Assembly: GCA_964594395.1 (NCBI GenBank)
Contig: CAZQLW010000002.1
Span: 1 to 47,929 of the forward strand
Direction: 5' to 3'
DNA from: an uncultured Methanosarcinales archaeon
Lineage (GTDB): Archaea; Nanobdellota; Nanobdellia; Woesearchaeales; GW2011-AR9
DNA: 47,929 bases
The translations under genes were made by a program, and so were the position numbers. Each line of letters starts with the position of its first letter. Positions within the stretch are counted from its first letter, which is position 1. The notes beneath the pieces are model-generated. The model was not told where the DNA came from. It ran no database searches and saw nothing but the letters and a program-made list of their open reading frames with translations. Positions 1 through 9,287 of the stretch are shown here, in pieces.

Positions 1-477
1 AAAATACTTATTGTATTAGGGATGGGGGGTCACACTTCTCAAATCTTAAGATTAGTTGATTTGATGGGTCCAGATTACAATTATGAGTATATTGTTGGCC
101 ACGATGACCAAACTTCAGCTAAAAAAGTAACATTTCTGGGAAAAATCCATCAGATGAAAAATCCTCGTTTGATGAAAGATAAATCGTTAATTAAAGTTTT
201 TTTTAATATGTTTCCAACAACGATTGACGCTTTTAGAATTTTAAGAAAATCAAAACCTTACGCAATAATTAGTGCTGGTCCCTCTTTAACAATTCCATTA
301 TTTTGGTTAGCTAAACTATTTGGAATTAAAACAGTTTTTGTAGAATCGTGGGTTCGGGTACATCACAAATCTCAAACGGGTAAGTTAGTTTATCCAGTTT
401 CGGACTTGTTTTTAGTGCAATGGGCAACGATGAAAAAAGTTTATCCAAAAGTAGTTTATGCGGGGAGGTTATCATGA
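1..477 (+). CDS. Alg14-family glycosyltransferase subunit (membrane/acceptor half of a split GT28-like enzyme); 5' end may be cut by the window edge
   Basis: The frame is open from nt 1 (KILIVLGMGGHTSQILRL...). The GxGGHTxQ/E start of the Alg14/PssD/Cps14F fold therefore begins upstream of the tracked ATG at 22. The stop TGA 475-477 overlaps the next ATG (ATGA). Confidence 0.7.
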   Translation, partial: KILIVLGMGGHTSQILRLVDLMGPDYNYEYIVGHDDQTSAKKVTFLGKIHQMKNPRLMKDKSLIKVFFNMFPTTIDAFRILRKSKPYAIISAGPSLTIPLFWLAKLFGIKTVFVESWVRVHHKSQTGKLVYPVSDLFLVQWATMKKVYPKVVYAGRLS

Positions 478-932
478 TTTTTTTTACTGTAGGTAACGGA
501 AAATTTGATCCCGCTGTTAAAGAATTGGACCGATTAAAAGGTACAGGTAAGATCAAAGATGAAGTTGTAATTCAGTTAGGTCACGGGACTTATAGGCCAA
601 AATATTGTCAATGGTTTACTTTCGAATCTCCATTAGATAAATATTACGAGAATGCAGATTTAGTAATCAGTCATGGCGGACCAGGAACCGTGTTTGAAGT
701 TTTAAGAAAGAAGAAAAAATTGATTGCTTTACCAAACAGGGATAGAACGGACCCTAACCACCAAGTTGAATATTTGCGAGCAATGGAGAAAGAAACTTCT
801 GCTATAATTTATTGTGATGAAGTTGAATTATTAGAATCTTGTTTAGAAAAAGCAAAAACTCACGATTTTGGAGTTTATCAACCGTCAAAATGCGAGATGG
901 GGACAGTTGTTAAAGAATTTATAAATAAATGA
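474..932 (+). CDS. Alg13-like glycosyltransferase family 28 C-terminal-domain subunit (catalytic half of the split enzyme)
   Basis: MIFFTVGNGKF..., VISHGGPGTVFEVL and ALPNRDRTDPNHQVEYL match the Glyco_tran_28_C/Alg13 pattern (TvG..., SHaGaGs, PN..l.d.HQ). I moved the start to ATG 474, which has GGGGAGG 6 nt upstream and an ATGA overlap with the upstream stop. The tracked 420 start adds a non-conserved extension. Confidence 0.7.
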   Translation: MIFFTVGNGKFDPAVKELDRLKGTGKIKDEVVIQLGHGTYRPKYCQWFTFESPLDKYYENADLVISHGGPGTVFEVLRKKKKLIALPNRDRTDPNHQVEYLRAMEKETSAIIYCDEVELLESCLEKAKTHDFGVYQPSKCEMGTVVKEFINK

Positions 933-2212
933 AGCGGTCAAAAATGATAAAAATTATAAAACATTTCTTTAAAAAAAATACTGGTGAAACTTCTGGCCAT
1001 CTTATAAAAACTTTTTTTGTTTATGGTTTTATTGCTTTAACAATTATTATTGTTAAAATTTTGATTGCCCGTCTTTATGGGCAGAAAGAGTTAGGGATAT
1101 TTACTTTTTTTTTTAGTTTAGTAAGTTTAATTTTCTTGTTTACTTCTTTTGGGTTACCAGAAGCTTTAACTCAAACAATAATCAAAGTACCGGAAAAACT
1201 TTATAGTTCTTTGAAAAAAGTTATTTATTTAATAATTCCTTCAACAATAGCGTTTATAATTTTTACATTAATTATTATCACTTATACACCTTTAAACCCT
1301 GGAATTAAATATTTTAATTTGGCATTTGTAATTTATATTGTAACTTACACTTTTCATTATATTACTTATTCTATTTTGCGTGGTTATAAGCGGTTTGTAA
1401 GTGCTTCATTTTATTCATTAATTAATCGGATTTTTTGGATATTTTTTATCGTTATATTATTCTTTTTATCATCACCATTCGTTTTTTTCCTTTTTAGCAT
1501 GGCTTTATCTTTAATAATCGTGGGAATTATTTCATTACCACAAATTAAAAAGTTAATTACTAAAGAGCAAACCAAAATTAATTTTAAAAAGTTTTTTTAC
1601 TTATCCTTTTCTTTATTTTTAATGCAGGTTGGTTTTTATTCATTAAGATTTCTGAGTGAAATAATTATTGCTTATTTAGTAGATTTTAATACCTTGGGGC
1701 TTTATTCTGCTTATTCTTCAATAACTAACATTATTCGGTTAGTGGCATACGTTTTTCCGGTAGTGGTATTGCCAATGGCAGTGGTTAATAGATATAAATT
1801 AAAACATTCTTTAAAGAAGATTTTAACTCTCTTGTTACCTTTTTCTGCTTTAGTTTTGGCTTTAACTTATTTCTTTGTTCCTTTATTTTATGGAAATGAA
1901 TATCAACATCTTTGGTTACCGCCATTTTTGATTCTTTCTTCCACTTTATTAGTAGTTTACTCTTACCTTAACTCAGTTTTTATGGGCGAGAACAAGTTTT
2001 CTAGACAATATTTATATATTATTAGTTTAGATTTTATTTTATCTCTTGTTATTAATAGTTTTTTAAACATATATCTTATTTTAAAGATGGGGATTATTGG
2101 AGCACCAATTGCCACTTCTATCACCATAATCTTTAAAATAATACTAAATTATTATGGTATAAAAAGATTAAGATTTAGGAATAAAAATGTTAGAACCACA
2201 GATAATAACTAA
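929..2212 (+). CDS. MOP-superfamily polysaccharide/oligosaccharide flippase (Wzx-like)
   Basis: 427 aa and very hydrophobic, with roughly 12 predicted TM segments, sitting in a glycan operon. ATGA overlap with the Alg13-like stop. Confidence 0.6.
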   Translation: MKRSKMIKIIKHFFKKNTGETSGHLIKTFFVYGFIALTIIIVKILIARLYGQKELGIFTFFFSLVSLIFLFTSFGLPEALTQTIIKVPEKLYSSLKKVIYLIIPSTIAFIIFTLIIITYTPLNPGIKYFNLAFVIYIVTYTFHYITYSILRGYKRFVSASFYSLINRIFWIFFIVILFFLSSPFVFFLFSMALSLIIVGIISLPQIKKLITKEQTKINFKKFFYLSFSLFLMQVGFYSLRFLSEIIIAYLVDFNTLGLYSAYSSITNIIRLVAYVFPVVVLPMAVVNRYKLKHSLKKILTLLLPFSALVLALTYFFVPLFYGNEYQHLWLPPFLILSSTLLVVYSYLNSVFMGENKFSRQYLYIISLDFILSLVINSFLNIYLILKMGIIGAPIATSITIIFKIILNYYGIKRLRFRNKNVRTTDNN

Positions 2213-3674
2213 AAATGAACAAAGTAGATTCAAACGTATCCTTTTTGTAGTTACTGATGTGTCGGCTAGTTATGGTAAAGCACTTAATCCCCATTTAGGG
2301 GTTGCAATGTTAATGGCTTACCTAGATAGATATGGATTTGAAACTGATGTTATTGATTTACAATTAGGTTACACTATTGAGGATGTGATTAAAAAAGCTA
2401 AAGATTTCGAAGCAGATTTAATTGGCGTGACGATGTTTAGTTTTGATTTTGTTAATACTTATCAAAAAATTAACGAAATAAAGAAACAAACAGGTTTGCC
2501 CATAGTTCTTGGTGGCGCTCATGTATCTACACTAAAAAGAGAAGTTTTAGAAAAAACTGATGCCGATTTTGGTATTACTAGAGATGGAGAGGTTTCACTT
2601 CTTGAATTGTGTAATGGTGTTCAATTAGAAGATATTGATAGTTTAATATGGCGTGACGGAAAGAAAATTATTGAAAATGAACTTCGAAAACTTAATTGGG
2701 GGTTGGATCAATTACCATTCCCCGCTTATGAAAAATTTGAATTAAAAAAATATATTCATTTTATTGATAAGAGATTACCCTTAGAAACATCACGAGGATG
2801 CCCATACAGTTGTACTTATTGTGATGTTAAGGTTAGTATGGGGCAAGCTTTTCGCCCTAGGGGTCCGGAACATATTCTTGCAGAATTTAAACATTGGTAC
2901 GATAAAGGTTTTCGATATTTTGAATTTGTTGATGATGTATTTACTATGGATCTAGAGAGAGCAAAAAAAGTTTGCAAAATGATTTTGGATAGTGGTATGA
3001 AATTTCGTTGGAATTGTGCAAATGGGATTAGGGCAGATCGGGTTGATGAAGAATTGTTACGTTTAATGAAAAAAGCTGGTTGTGAATTTTTGGCTTATGG
3101 TTTAGAAACAGGAAATCCAGACATGTTAAAAGTCATTAAGAAAGCAATTTCTCTTGAAAAAGCAAGAGAAACATTTGAACTAACAAAAAAAATTGGTTTA
3201 AAATTTGCTGTAAATTTTATTATAGGGCATCAGGAAGAAACATTTGAAAGAGCAATGGATTCAATCAACTTTGCAAAGTCTATCCCTGCAGATTATGTTA
3301 ACTTTTCTAACATGATCCCTTATCCGGGAACAGAAATTTTTAAATGGATTGAGGAACAAGAGAAAACCGGCAGGGCACGATTTATTATGCCTAAGGAGGA
3401 ATTTTTAAAAAATTCTACTACCAAATTAGGGCTACCGGTATTTGAAACAAGAGAATTTAGATACAGTGAAAGGGTACGAGCTTTAAATTTAGGAAGAGCA
3501 TTAGCAAAGAAGAAACATTTACAATATAGAATGGGGACATTAGTTGGTAGTGTGGTGTATCAATTTTGTAAAAATGATGAAACGTACAATGCTATTAGAA
3601 GATTTGTTACAGGCAATAAAACGGCCAAAAGAATCTATAACATATTTAGAAAAAATTATGGTATAAAAGTATGA
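2187..3674 (+). CDS. B12-binding-domain radical SAM protein
   Basis: CxxxCxxC cluster motif in SRGCPYSCTYCDV. The N-terminal Rossmann-like part (LIGVTMFSF..., IVLGGAHVS) is typical of the B12-binding radical SAM class. Overlaps the flippase gene by 26 nt. Confidence 0.8.
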   Translation: MLEPQIITKNEQSRFKRILFVVTDVSASYGKALNPHLGVAMLMAYLDRYGFETDVIDLQLGYTIEDVIKKAKDFEADLIGVTMFSFDFVNTYQKINEIKKQTGLPIVLGGAHVSTLKREVLEKTDADFGITRDGEVSLLELCNGVQLEDIDSLIWRDGKKIIENELRKLNWGLDQLPFPAYEKFELKKYIHFIDKRLPLETSRGCPYSCTYCDVKVSMGQAFRPRGPEHILAEFKHWYDKGFRYFEFVDDVFTMDLERAKKVCKMILDSGMKFRWNCANGIRADRVDEELLRLMKKAGCEFLAYGLETGNPDMLKVIKKAISLEKARETFELTKKIGLKFAVNFIIGHQEETFERAMDSINFAKSIPADYVNFSNMIPYPGTEIFKWIEEQEKTGRARFIMPKEEFLKNSTTKLGLPVFETREFRYSERVRALNLGRALAKKKHLQYRMGTLVGSVVYQFCKNDETYNAIRRFVTGNKTAKRIYNIFRKNYGIKV

Positions 3675-4384
3675 TAAATTACAAAAAACTTTATTCTGGA
3701 GAACATTTAAAGAGAATCGACCCAAATTGGACATTTGAAAAATGGTCTTACAAACACACATTTATTGCTAAAATGAAATATATTGATGTTTTACTTTCCA
3801 AAGTTCCAACTGGGTGTAGAATTCTTGATGTTGGTTGTGGTCAAGGATTATTAGTTAAAGAATTTAAGAGAAAGGGTTTTGATATTGTTGGAATTGATAA
3901 ATTTTATAGTAATGAAGATGTTATCAAAGAAGATATTTTTGATAATAGTTTTGAAGATAATAGTTTCGATTTAATTCTTTGTTTAGACGTGATTGAACAT
4001 TTTAATTTTGATTTACAAGAAAAGTTAATAATGGAATTGACGAGAATATTAAAACCTAAAGGAAAATTAATTTTTAGTATTCCGAACTTGGCTCATTTAT
4101 CATCAAGGGTTATGTTTCTTTTTACAGGGAATTTATTAAGAACTGCTAAAATTTCTTATCATCCTGGAGACAGACCAATTAAAGAATATTTGAAGATCAT
4201 TCAAAAATATTTAAAAGTTGAAAAGAAGGAAGGTATTTCAGCAACAATTCCTGGATTGTTTCAATTAACTCAACTATTTCCTCAATATACTGGCTGGCTT
4301 TATTGGCTTCTAAAACCGTTTAATATTATTTGGGGCTGGTGTTTTAATGTGGTTATAATCTCTAGAAAGAAATTAAAAAATTAA
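3671..4384 (+). CDS. class I SAM-dependent methyltransferase
   Basis: Motif I ILDVGCGQGLL, LCLDVIEH and LKPKGKLIFSIPN. ATGA overlap with the radical SAM stop. Confidence 0.8.
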   Translation: MINYKKLYSGEHLKRIDPNWTFEKWSYKHTFIAKMKYIDVLLSKVPTGCRILDVGCGQGLLVKEFKRKGFDIVGIDKFYSNEDVIKEDIFDNSFEDNSFDLILCLDVIEHFNFDLQEKLIMELTRILKPKGKLIFSIPNLAHLSSRVMFLFTGNLLRTAKISYHPGDRPIKEYLKIIQKYLKVEKKEGISATIPGLFQLTQLFPQYTGWLYWLLKPFNIIWGWCFNVVIISRKKLKN

Positions 4385-4420
4385 AATTAAAACTAAAAAT
4401 TTAAAGGAATAATTTAAATA

Positions 4421-7246
4421 TTAATTGACATCAAAGAAGTAATCTGGTAATAGTTCATTACCACCAAGATATTTATCTTTAGTTTCTTGATTTACAGTAA
4501 ACCCTTCTGGATATTCAATTTCCCAGATTCCCATTGGACCCATTATTCTACCTTGGATATAAACTAATTGTGAAAGATAAGAATCTTCATAAATTCTTTT
4601 AAAAGCAGAAGTATTGTAATCAGGATTGTTTTGTTCAAAGACATACAAATTAACCCATAAAGCATTTACGCCCTCTTGAGATACATATAATCCTGCTCCT
4701 AACGGGTTTTGCATCTGTCCATTTCCATTCAGTTCAGGAACAATTCTAAAACATCCTTTCAAACCTGGCTGGTCATATTTAATCATTTTACCATTAAAAT
4801 AAACACATTCTACGGGTACGTCATAACGTTTATTTTGGTATATCAAAGCTGCCGTTGGTTGTTCCATTTGTATATCTTGCACGGTTTCGTTACCAACTTT
4901 TCTTTCGATTTGTTTTACTGGCATAAATATTGCGCCGATACCTGCACCAGTTCTTGGGAAAACCATTCCGTTCCAGACAAAATCATCATCAAGCATATAA
5001 CTTCCTTGATATGTTAAGATAGTTGCATTTCTTGTTTCTTTTACTTCTTTTTCGTTAAGTTTAAAAGTTGAAATCCAACTGTAACGGTCATAATTTTTAT
5101 CTGAACCAATTGAAGAGTAAGCAGTATACTTTCCAATTTCATCAGCGACGATTAAATAGTGGGTGGTTTTATGTACTTTAAGAAATTCTAAAGCTTCTTC
5201 TTGAGATTGACCAGTAAGAACATGTCTGCCCATTAAATAGTTCCAATACTTAATTTTATTAGCTCCATCTAAAACTGTAGCTCTTTGAAAACCGTTTTGG
5301 ACCCAATATCCATAATCCCACCAATGACCAAAAATTGCATCTTCAGGAATATTTTCTCTTGCCCAACTACCGGTAATTTGCCATTGTTGATTATATGCAG
5401 GGCCGGAATATTTTCCTTGGTTCAAGCTAGATTGACTAAATGATGGGATTATACCTTTAGTTGAAATGCTTGAGATTGTAAAAGGACTCAACAAGATAAT
5501 GAACAAAATAATTAATATTATCACTTTATGAGATTTTTTTCTAATTTTAAAAGCAAGTTCGCTTAGTTCCACTGTTCCGTAAGCAGCCATTAAAGCAGTA
5601 ATGGGTGCAAATATGAAAAATAGTCTTGCTGCACCTCTTGCTCCAACAACCATAATTAAGAACCAAACTAAAACAAAAATGTACTTTTTGTCCCAAGAAG
5701 TAATTTTTTCATAAGCTTCTTTATCTTTATAATACGATTTGAAATAAAACGTTGCACTTAAAATTGCAAAACCAGCTAAACTACCTAAATAAACAAACTT
5801 CGAAATAAAATTTGTTCCATTAAATAAGCTACCCTGAGAATGTCTACTCATTACAAAAGCTAAAATAAAAACTATATAAACTGCAGTTAAAGAAAACTTT
5901 TTTTTATTATCTTTTACCATGTTGTAAAAGAGAAGGATAGATCCTAACATGAATAACGTTAAATACAATGGTATGCCAGAGAAAATGTTATCTTTGAGTC
6001 TTAAAAATTGAGGGCCAAAATGTCCAACCCAATCAGTAAAATAAGGTTGGTGTTGTTCAGCAACAGTTAACTGCCAACGGTCATTTCCAAGAGGATGTAA
6101 TAAGTTATCACCTATTTCTTCAACTTGTAAAGCTAAAGTTGCTGGTCCGAGGATAACCATCAAAGCACTAATACCAATAATAAAACTGGCCACTAGACTA
6201 ATAACACTTAAAGGAACTTTCCCTTTAACTTTTTTCTTAATTTTTAAAAGATCATATTTAAAGAGAACTAAGTCAACTAATAACATAAATAAAACTAAAA
6301 AAGCAATTCCTGTTGTGAATGAACTGAACAATATTTTCATATTAAACATAGGGATCCAGGTGGTAGTAGCGATAACAAAACCAATAACCCATAACCCATA
6401 TTGATAAACATCTTTTTTACTTATTTTGTCAAAGAAAAATTCTATCAGTACAAAGATACTAATGATCAAAATTAAAAATTTCCATCCACCCCAACTTAGT
6501 CCCATGAAACCAGTAAAAATACCAGCGGCTCCACCCCAAAAGAGAGTTTTGGTTGTTGATTTAGTTTGCCAGCCAAGGACATAAAAGTACATTGCCATAA
6601 ACATTAACATAATTCCTAACGCTTCGTGATCAGAAAAACCAGACATAGTTCGATGTAGAAAGGCAGGGACAATTGAAAGGAACAATGTTGCTAATAGGCC
6701 AACTTTCCAATCAAATAATCTTCTTGCTAAGAGAAAAAAGAATACCATTGCAATAGAGAAACAAATCACGGGATAAATTATATGGATATATTCTAAAGTT
6801 ACGGAAGGAACAAACAGATGGATAAATTTGTACAAATAAGCAACAAATCCACTCATAAAAACATAATTTACGGTTGAAGTTCCTAATGGAACAAAACGAG
6901 TTGGATCATGGGCAAGTAAAGCGCCATGTTCTACAATGTAACGAGCATATTTTAAAAAAAGGTGTGGGTCTAAAGCTTGAGGGATAAATTTACCAGTTGT
7001 CATATCTTTTAATAGTCCCAAATTCCTGGTCCGAATATAAGCTCCAAACCAAATAATTATTGCTAAGAATAAGTAGATGAGCCATTGCTTTTTTTCTTTA
7101 AAGAATTTTATTAATTGTTCCCTTTTTTCTTTAAGTTCGTCAAATTCTTTATTCTCATTTTGATCTTCATTTTCATTTTTAGAAAAAAATCCTTTAACTC
7201 CAGCAACAATATTGTCCCTTTTCTTTTCCAGCTCTTTTTCATCCAT
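4421..7246 (-). CDS. aglB: archaeal oligosaccharyltransferase AglB (STT3 family)
   Basis: 941 aa with a polytopic N-half plus a soluble C-half. Carries the diagnostic WWDYGYW motif (FGHWWDYGYWVQ) and an SDHE loop motif in the first external loop. Confidence 0.9.
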   Translation of the reverse strand: MDEKELEKKRDNIVAGVKGFFSKNENEDQNENKEFDELKEKREQLIKFFKEKKQWLIYLFLAIIIWFGAYIRTRNLGLLKDMTTGKFIPQALDPHLFLKYARYIVEHGALLAHDPTRFVPLGTSTVNYVFMSGFVAYLYKFIHLFVPSVTLEYIHIIYPVICFSIAMVFFFLLARRLFDWKVGLLATLFLSIVPAFLHRTMSGFSDHEALGIMLMFMAMYFYVLGWQTKSTTKTLFWGGAAGIFTGFMGLSWGGWKFLILIISIFVLIEFFFDKISKKDVYQYGLWVIGFVIATTTWIPMFNMKILFSSFTTGIAFLVLFMLLVDLVLFKYDLLKIKKKVKGKVPLSVISLVASFIIGISALMVILGPATLALQVEEIGDNLLHPLGNDRWQLTVAEQHQPYFTDWVGHFGPQFLRLKDNIFSGIPLYLTLFMLGSILLFYNMVKDNKKKFSLTAVYIVFILAFVMSRHSQGSLFNGTNFISKFVYLGSLAGFAILSATFYFKSYYKDKEAYEKITSWDKKYIFVLVWFLIMVVGARGAARLFFIFAPITALMAAYGTVELSELAFKIRKKSHKVIILIILFIILLSPFTISSISTKGIIPSFSQSSLNQGKYSGPAYNQQWQITGSWARENIPEDAIFGHWWDYGYWVQNGFQRATVLDGANKIKYWNYLMGRHVLTGQSQEEALEFLKVHKTTHYLIVADEIGKYTAYSSIGSDKNYDRYSWISTFKLNEKEVKETRNATILTYQGSYMLDDDFVWNGMVFPRTGAGIGAIFMPVKQIERKVGNETVQDIQMEQPTAALIYQNKRYDVPVECVYFNGKMIKYDQPGLKGCFRIVPELNGNGQMQNPLGAGLYVSQEGVNALWVNLYVFEQNNPDYNTSAFKRIYEDSYLSQLVYIQGRIMGPMGIWEIEYPEGFTVNQETKDKYLGGNELLPDYFFDVN

Positions 7247-7261
7247 ATTGATAAATTCCTC

Positions 7262-7804
7262 TTAATTCATAACTCCTAACAATTTGTAAATTAATCTTTC
7301 AGTTAATTTTGTTAATTCCTGGTTATCGGTTGCGGTCATTATTAAACATTTCTGGTCTTGAGTATAACTTGTTTCATTTCCAGAAATGATTACTATCCCT
7401 GGGTTTTCTTGACAATTAATGATTGGAATGTCTGGACAACCTTCTTCAATAAGGCATGATTCTTGGGGCATAATATTTTGTTTATAGAGCGTGAATGCGA
7501 TTAAATTAAGTGTACTTTCCCAATTAATAGTATCAGCAGGTTTAAATCCGAGATATACTTTCCCTAAACTGAAGTCAAGACTTTCTGCTGGAATAGTAAA
7601 ATTTTCTAGTTCTTGAGGTAAATATTGAAAAGAGTATTCTTCTCCATTGATTCTTAAACTCCAATAATTATTAGTATTGATGAACGTAAATCCATTATAT
7701 TCCTCTTTATTATCTTCGGTAAAGAAACTTCCTCCAACAACTCCTAAAACGCTTACTGTCATTAAGATAATAATAATCCAAGCCATTAATTTTGTTGTGT
7801 CCAT
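7262..7804 (-). CDS. hypothetical N-terminally membrane-anchored protein, first gene of the aglB transcription unit
   Basis: Single N-terminal TM (AWIIIILMTVSVLGVV), 15 nt upstream of aglB on the same strand. TATA-like TTTAAATA lies 24 nt upstream of its ATG. Confidence 0.5.
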   Translation of the reverse strand: MDTTKLMAWIIIILMTVSVLGVVGGSFFTEDNKEEYNGFTFINTNNYWSLRINGEEYSFQYLPQELENFTIPAESLDFSLGKVYLGFKPADTINWESTLNLIAFTLYKQNIMPQESCLIEEGCPDIPIINCQENPGIVIISGNETSYTQDQKCLIMTATDNQELTKLTERLIYKLLGVMN

Positions 7805-7828
7805 CTTTTACTTAGTTAAGAACAGTTT

Positions 7829-7836
7829 TATTTAAA
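7829..7836 (-). promoter_or_regulatory. TATA box (TTTAAATA on the minus strand) for the 7804/aglB unit
   Basis: 24 nt between the box and ATG 7804, the same spacing as the other leaderless promoters in this window. Confidence 0.4.
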
Positions 7837-7967
7837 AGCTTTACTGGTTTTTGGGTTAATATAATCTGATTTAGTTTTGTGTCAATAGTTAAGGTAAAAT
7901 CCTAATAAATTTAAATTAATAAGTACCTGGTCTACGTTAACTGAATAGTAGTAATTTCACCGAAAAG

Positions 7968-7975
7968 TTTATAAA
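7968..7975 (+). promoter_or_regulatory. BRE/TATA (AAAAG-TTTATAAA) promoter
   Basis: cgAAAAGTTTATAAA. 22 nt to the in-frame ATG at 7998. The tracked GTG start at 7977 sits immediately after the box, so it is implausible. Confidence 0.5.
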
Positions 7976-7997
7976 TGTGTCTTTAATATGTACTTTA

Positions 7998-8396
7998 ATG
8001 TCAATTAAAATGTCAGAAAAAGATTTAGTTGGATGCTTCGATAGTTCAGATGAATTTATTACAACTTTATCTAGTTCTTCAAAACAACTTAGGCAATATC
8101 AAAGAGAAAAAGTTTTCATTGATAGGTTAGTATCTGAAGACCTGGAGCTAGTAAAACTAGGACTATATCCTGGTGAAATTAGAAGAGGAGATATTGTTGA
8201 TGCTATGGTTGGAGCAGGTCTTGTAAAAAATCCTGATTCATATTGGGGTAAATTTCAGGTAAAAAGAAATTTATCTAGAGTTCATCAAACAGATTATTGG
8301 AGGGGGTATTCTTTTATTCAATTAACAGAAGGTACTTTTGATTTTACACTTTATAAAATGAGAATGGATGATGTTTCTGGATTACCGCCTTGTTAA
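7998..8396 (+). CDS. hypothetical protein (start revised from 7977)
   Basis: ORF with a leaderless-type promoter and no recognisable motif. Confidence 0.45.
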   Translation: MSIKMSEKDLVGCFDSSDEFITTLSSSSKQLRQYQREKVFIDRLVSEDLELVKLGLYPGEIRRGDIVDAMVGAGLVKNPDSYWGKFQVKRNLSRVHQTDYWRGYSFIQLTEGTFDFTLYKMRMDDVSGLPPC

Positions 8397-8466
8397 AATA
8401 GATATATTCATTTTTAAATTTTAATCAGACTTATTAATTAGACATAATTTCTTTTTTATCATAAAT

Positions 8467-8474
8467 AATATAAA
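8467..8474 (+). promoter_or_regulatory. TATA box (AATATAAA) for uppP
   Basis: 23 nt upstream of ATG 8498. Confidence 0.4.
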
Positions 8475-8497
8475 CTTATCTTTATTCTGTAAATTAA

Positions 8498-9259
8498 ATG
8501 AACATTTTAGAAGCAATAATTTTAGGCGTTGTACAAGGTCTTACAGAATGGTTACCCATCAGTTCTTCTGGGCATTTAGTTATCTTTCAAGAACTGTTTG
8601 GGTTACATCAACCAGTAATTTTTGATCTGTTTTTACATATAGGGAGTTTATTAGTTATTTTTGCTGTATTCTTTAAAGACATTTTAAAATTAATTCACGG
8701 TTTTTTTCGTTGGGAAAAGTTTTACGTGAAATATACCCTGTGGTTAATCGTTGCTTCGGTACCAATTGGTTTTATTGGTTATTTTTTTAATGATGCAGTT
8801 AAATCTGCTTTTGGTAATTTAACTGTAGTGGGATTCTCTTTAATCTTTACCAGCATAATTTTGTTTTTGTCAAAATATCCTCACCAAAAAAATAGAAAGT
8901 TAACTTGGAAATCGATTATTTTCATTGGTTTAGCTCAAGCGTTAGCAATTTTACCAGGGGTTTCTCGTTCAGGGATGACCATCTCTTCAGGATTGATGCA
9001 AAGTGTTAAAAGGGAAGAAGCAGTAAGGTTTTCTTTTTTATTGTTTATCCCAGCGATTCTTGGTGCTACAATTTTAGAATTTAAAAATTTTGGGCAGATG
9101 AGTAATGTTCCAGCCCTATTAGTTGGTTTTTTAACAACAATAATTGTTGGTTTTTTCTCTTTAAAATTATTGTTAAAGATGGTTAAAAAAGAACAGTTTT
9201 GGTATTTTGGTTGGTATTGTTTGGGGTTAGGTATTTTGGTGTTATTATTTTTAACTTAA
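8498..9259 (+). CDS. uppP: undecaprenyl/polyprenyl-diphosphate phosphatase (UppP/BacA family)
   Basis: GLTEWLPISSSGHL and LPGVSRSGMTIS signature motifs, with 7-8 TM segments. Confidence 0.85.
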   Translation: MNILEAIILGVVQGLTEWLPISSSGHLVIFQELFGLHQPVIFDLFLHIGSLLVIFAVFFKDILKLIHGFFRWEKFYVKYTLWLIVASVPIGFIGYFFNDAVKSAFGNLTVVGFSLIFTSIILFLSKYPHQKNRKLTWKSIIFIGLAQALAILPGVSRSGMTISSGLMQSVKREEAVRFSFLLFIPAILGATILEFKNFGQMSNVPALLVGFLTTIIVGFFSLKLLLKMVKKEQFWYFGWYCLGLGILVLLFLT

Positions 9260-9287
9260 TTTTTCACGTCCTTTACATTTTTTAAAT

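Noticed and set aside
420-473. Upstream extension of the Alg13-like ORF
   Set aside because: It overlaps the Alg14-like gene. The conserved fold starts at MIFFTVG (ATG 474), which has an SD and an ATGA overlap.
4709-5017. Other antisense or nested tracked ORFs (326-556, 3540-3761, 4709-5017, 15447-15659, 19438-19638, 22052-22267, 29850-30101, 31081-31287, 31990-32187, 32506-32859, 34070-34504, 36287-36469, 36699-36899, 39870-40278, 47435-47662)
   Set aside because: Each lies inside a longer ORF on the opposite strand, or in another frame, that carries clear family motifs. Their compositions are typical shadow-frame products.
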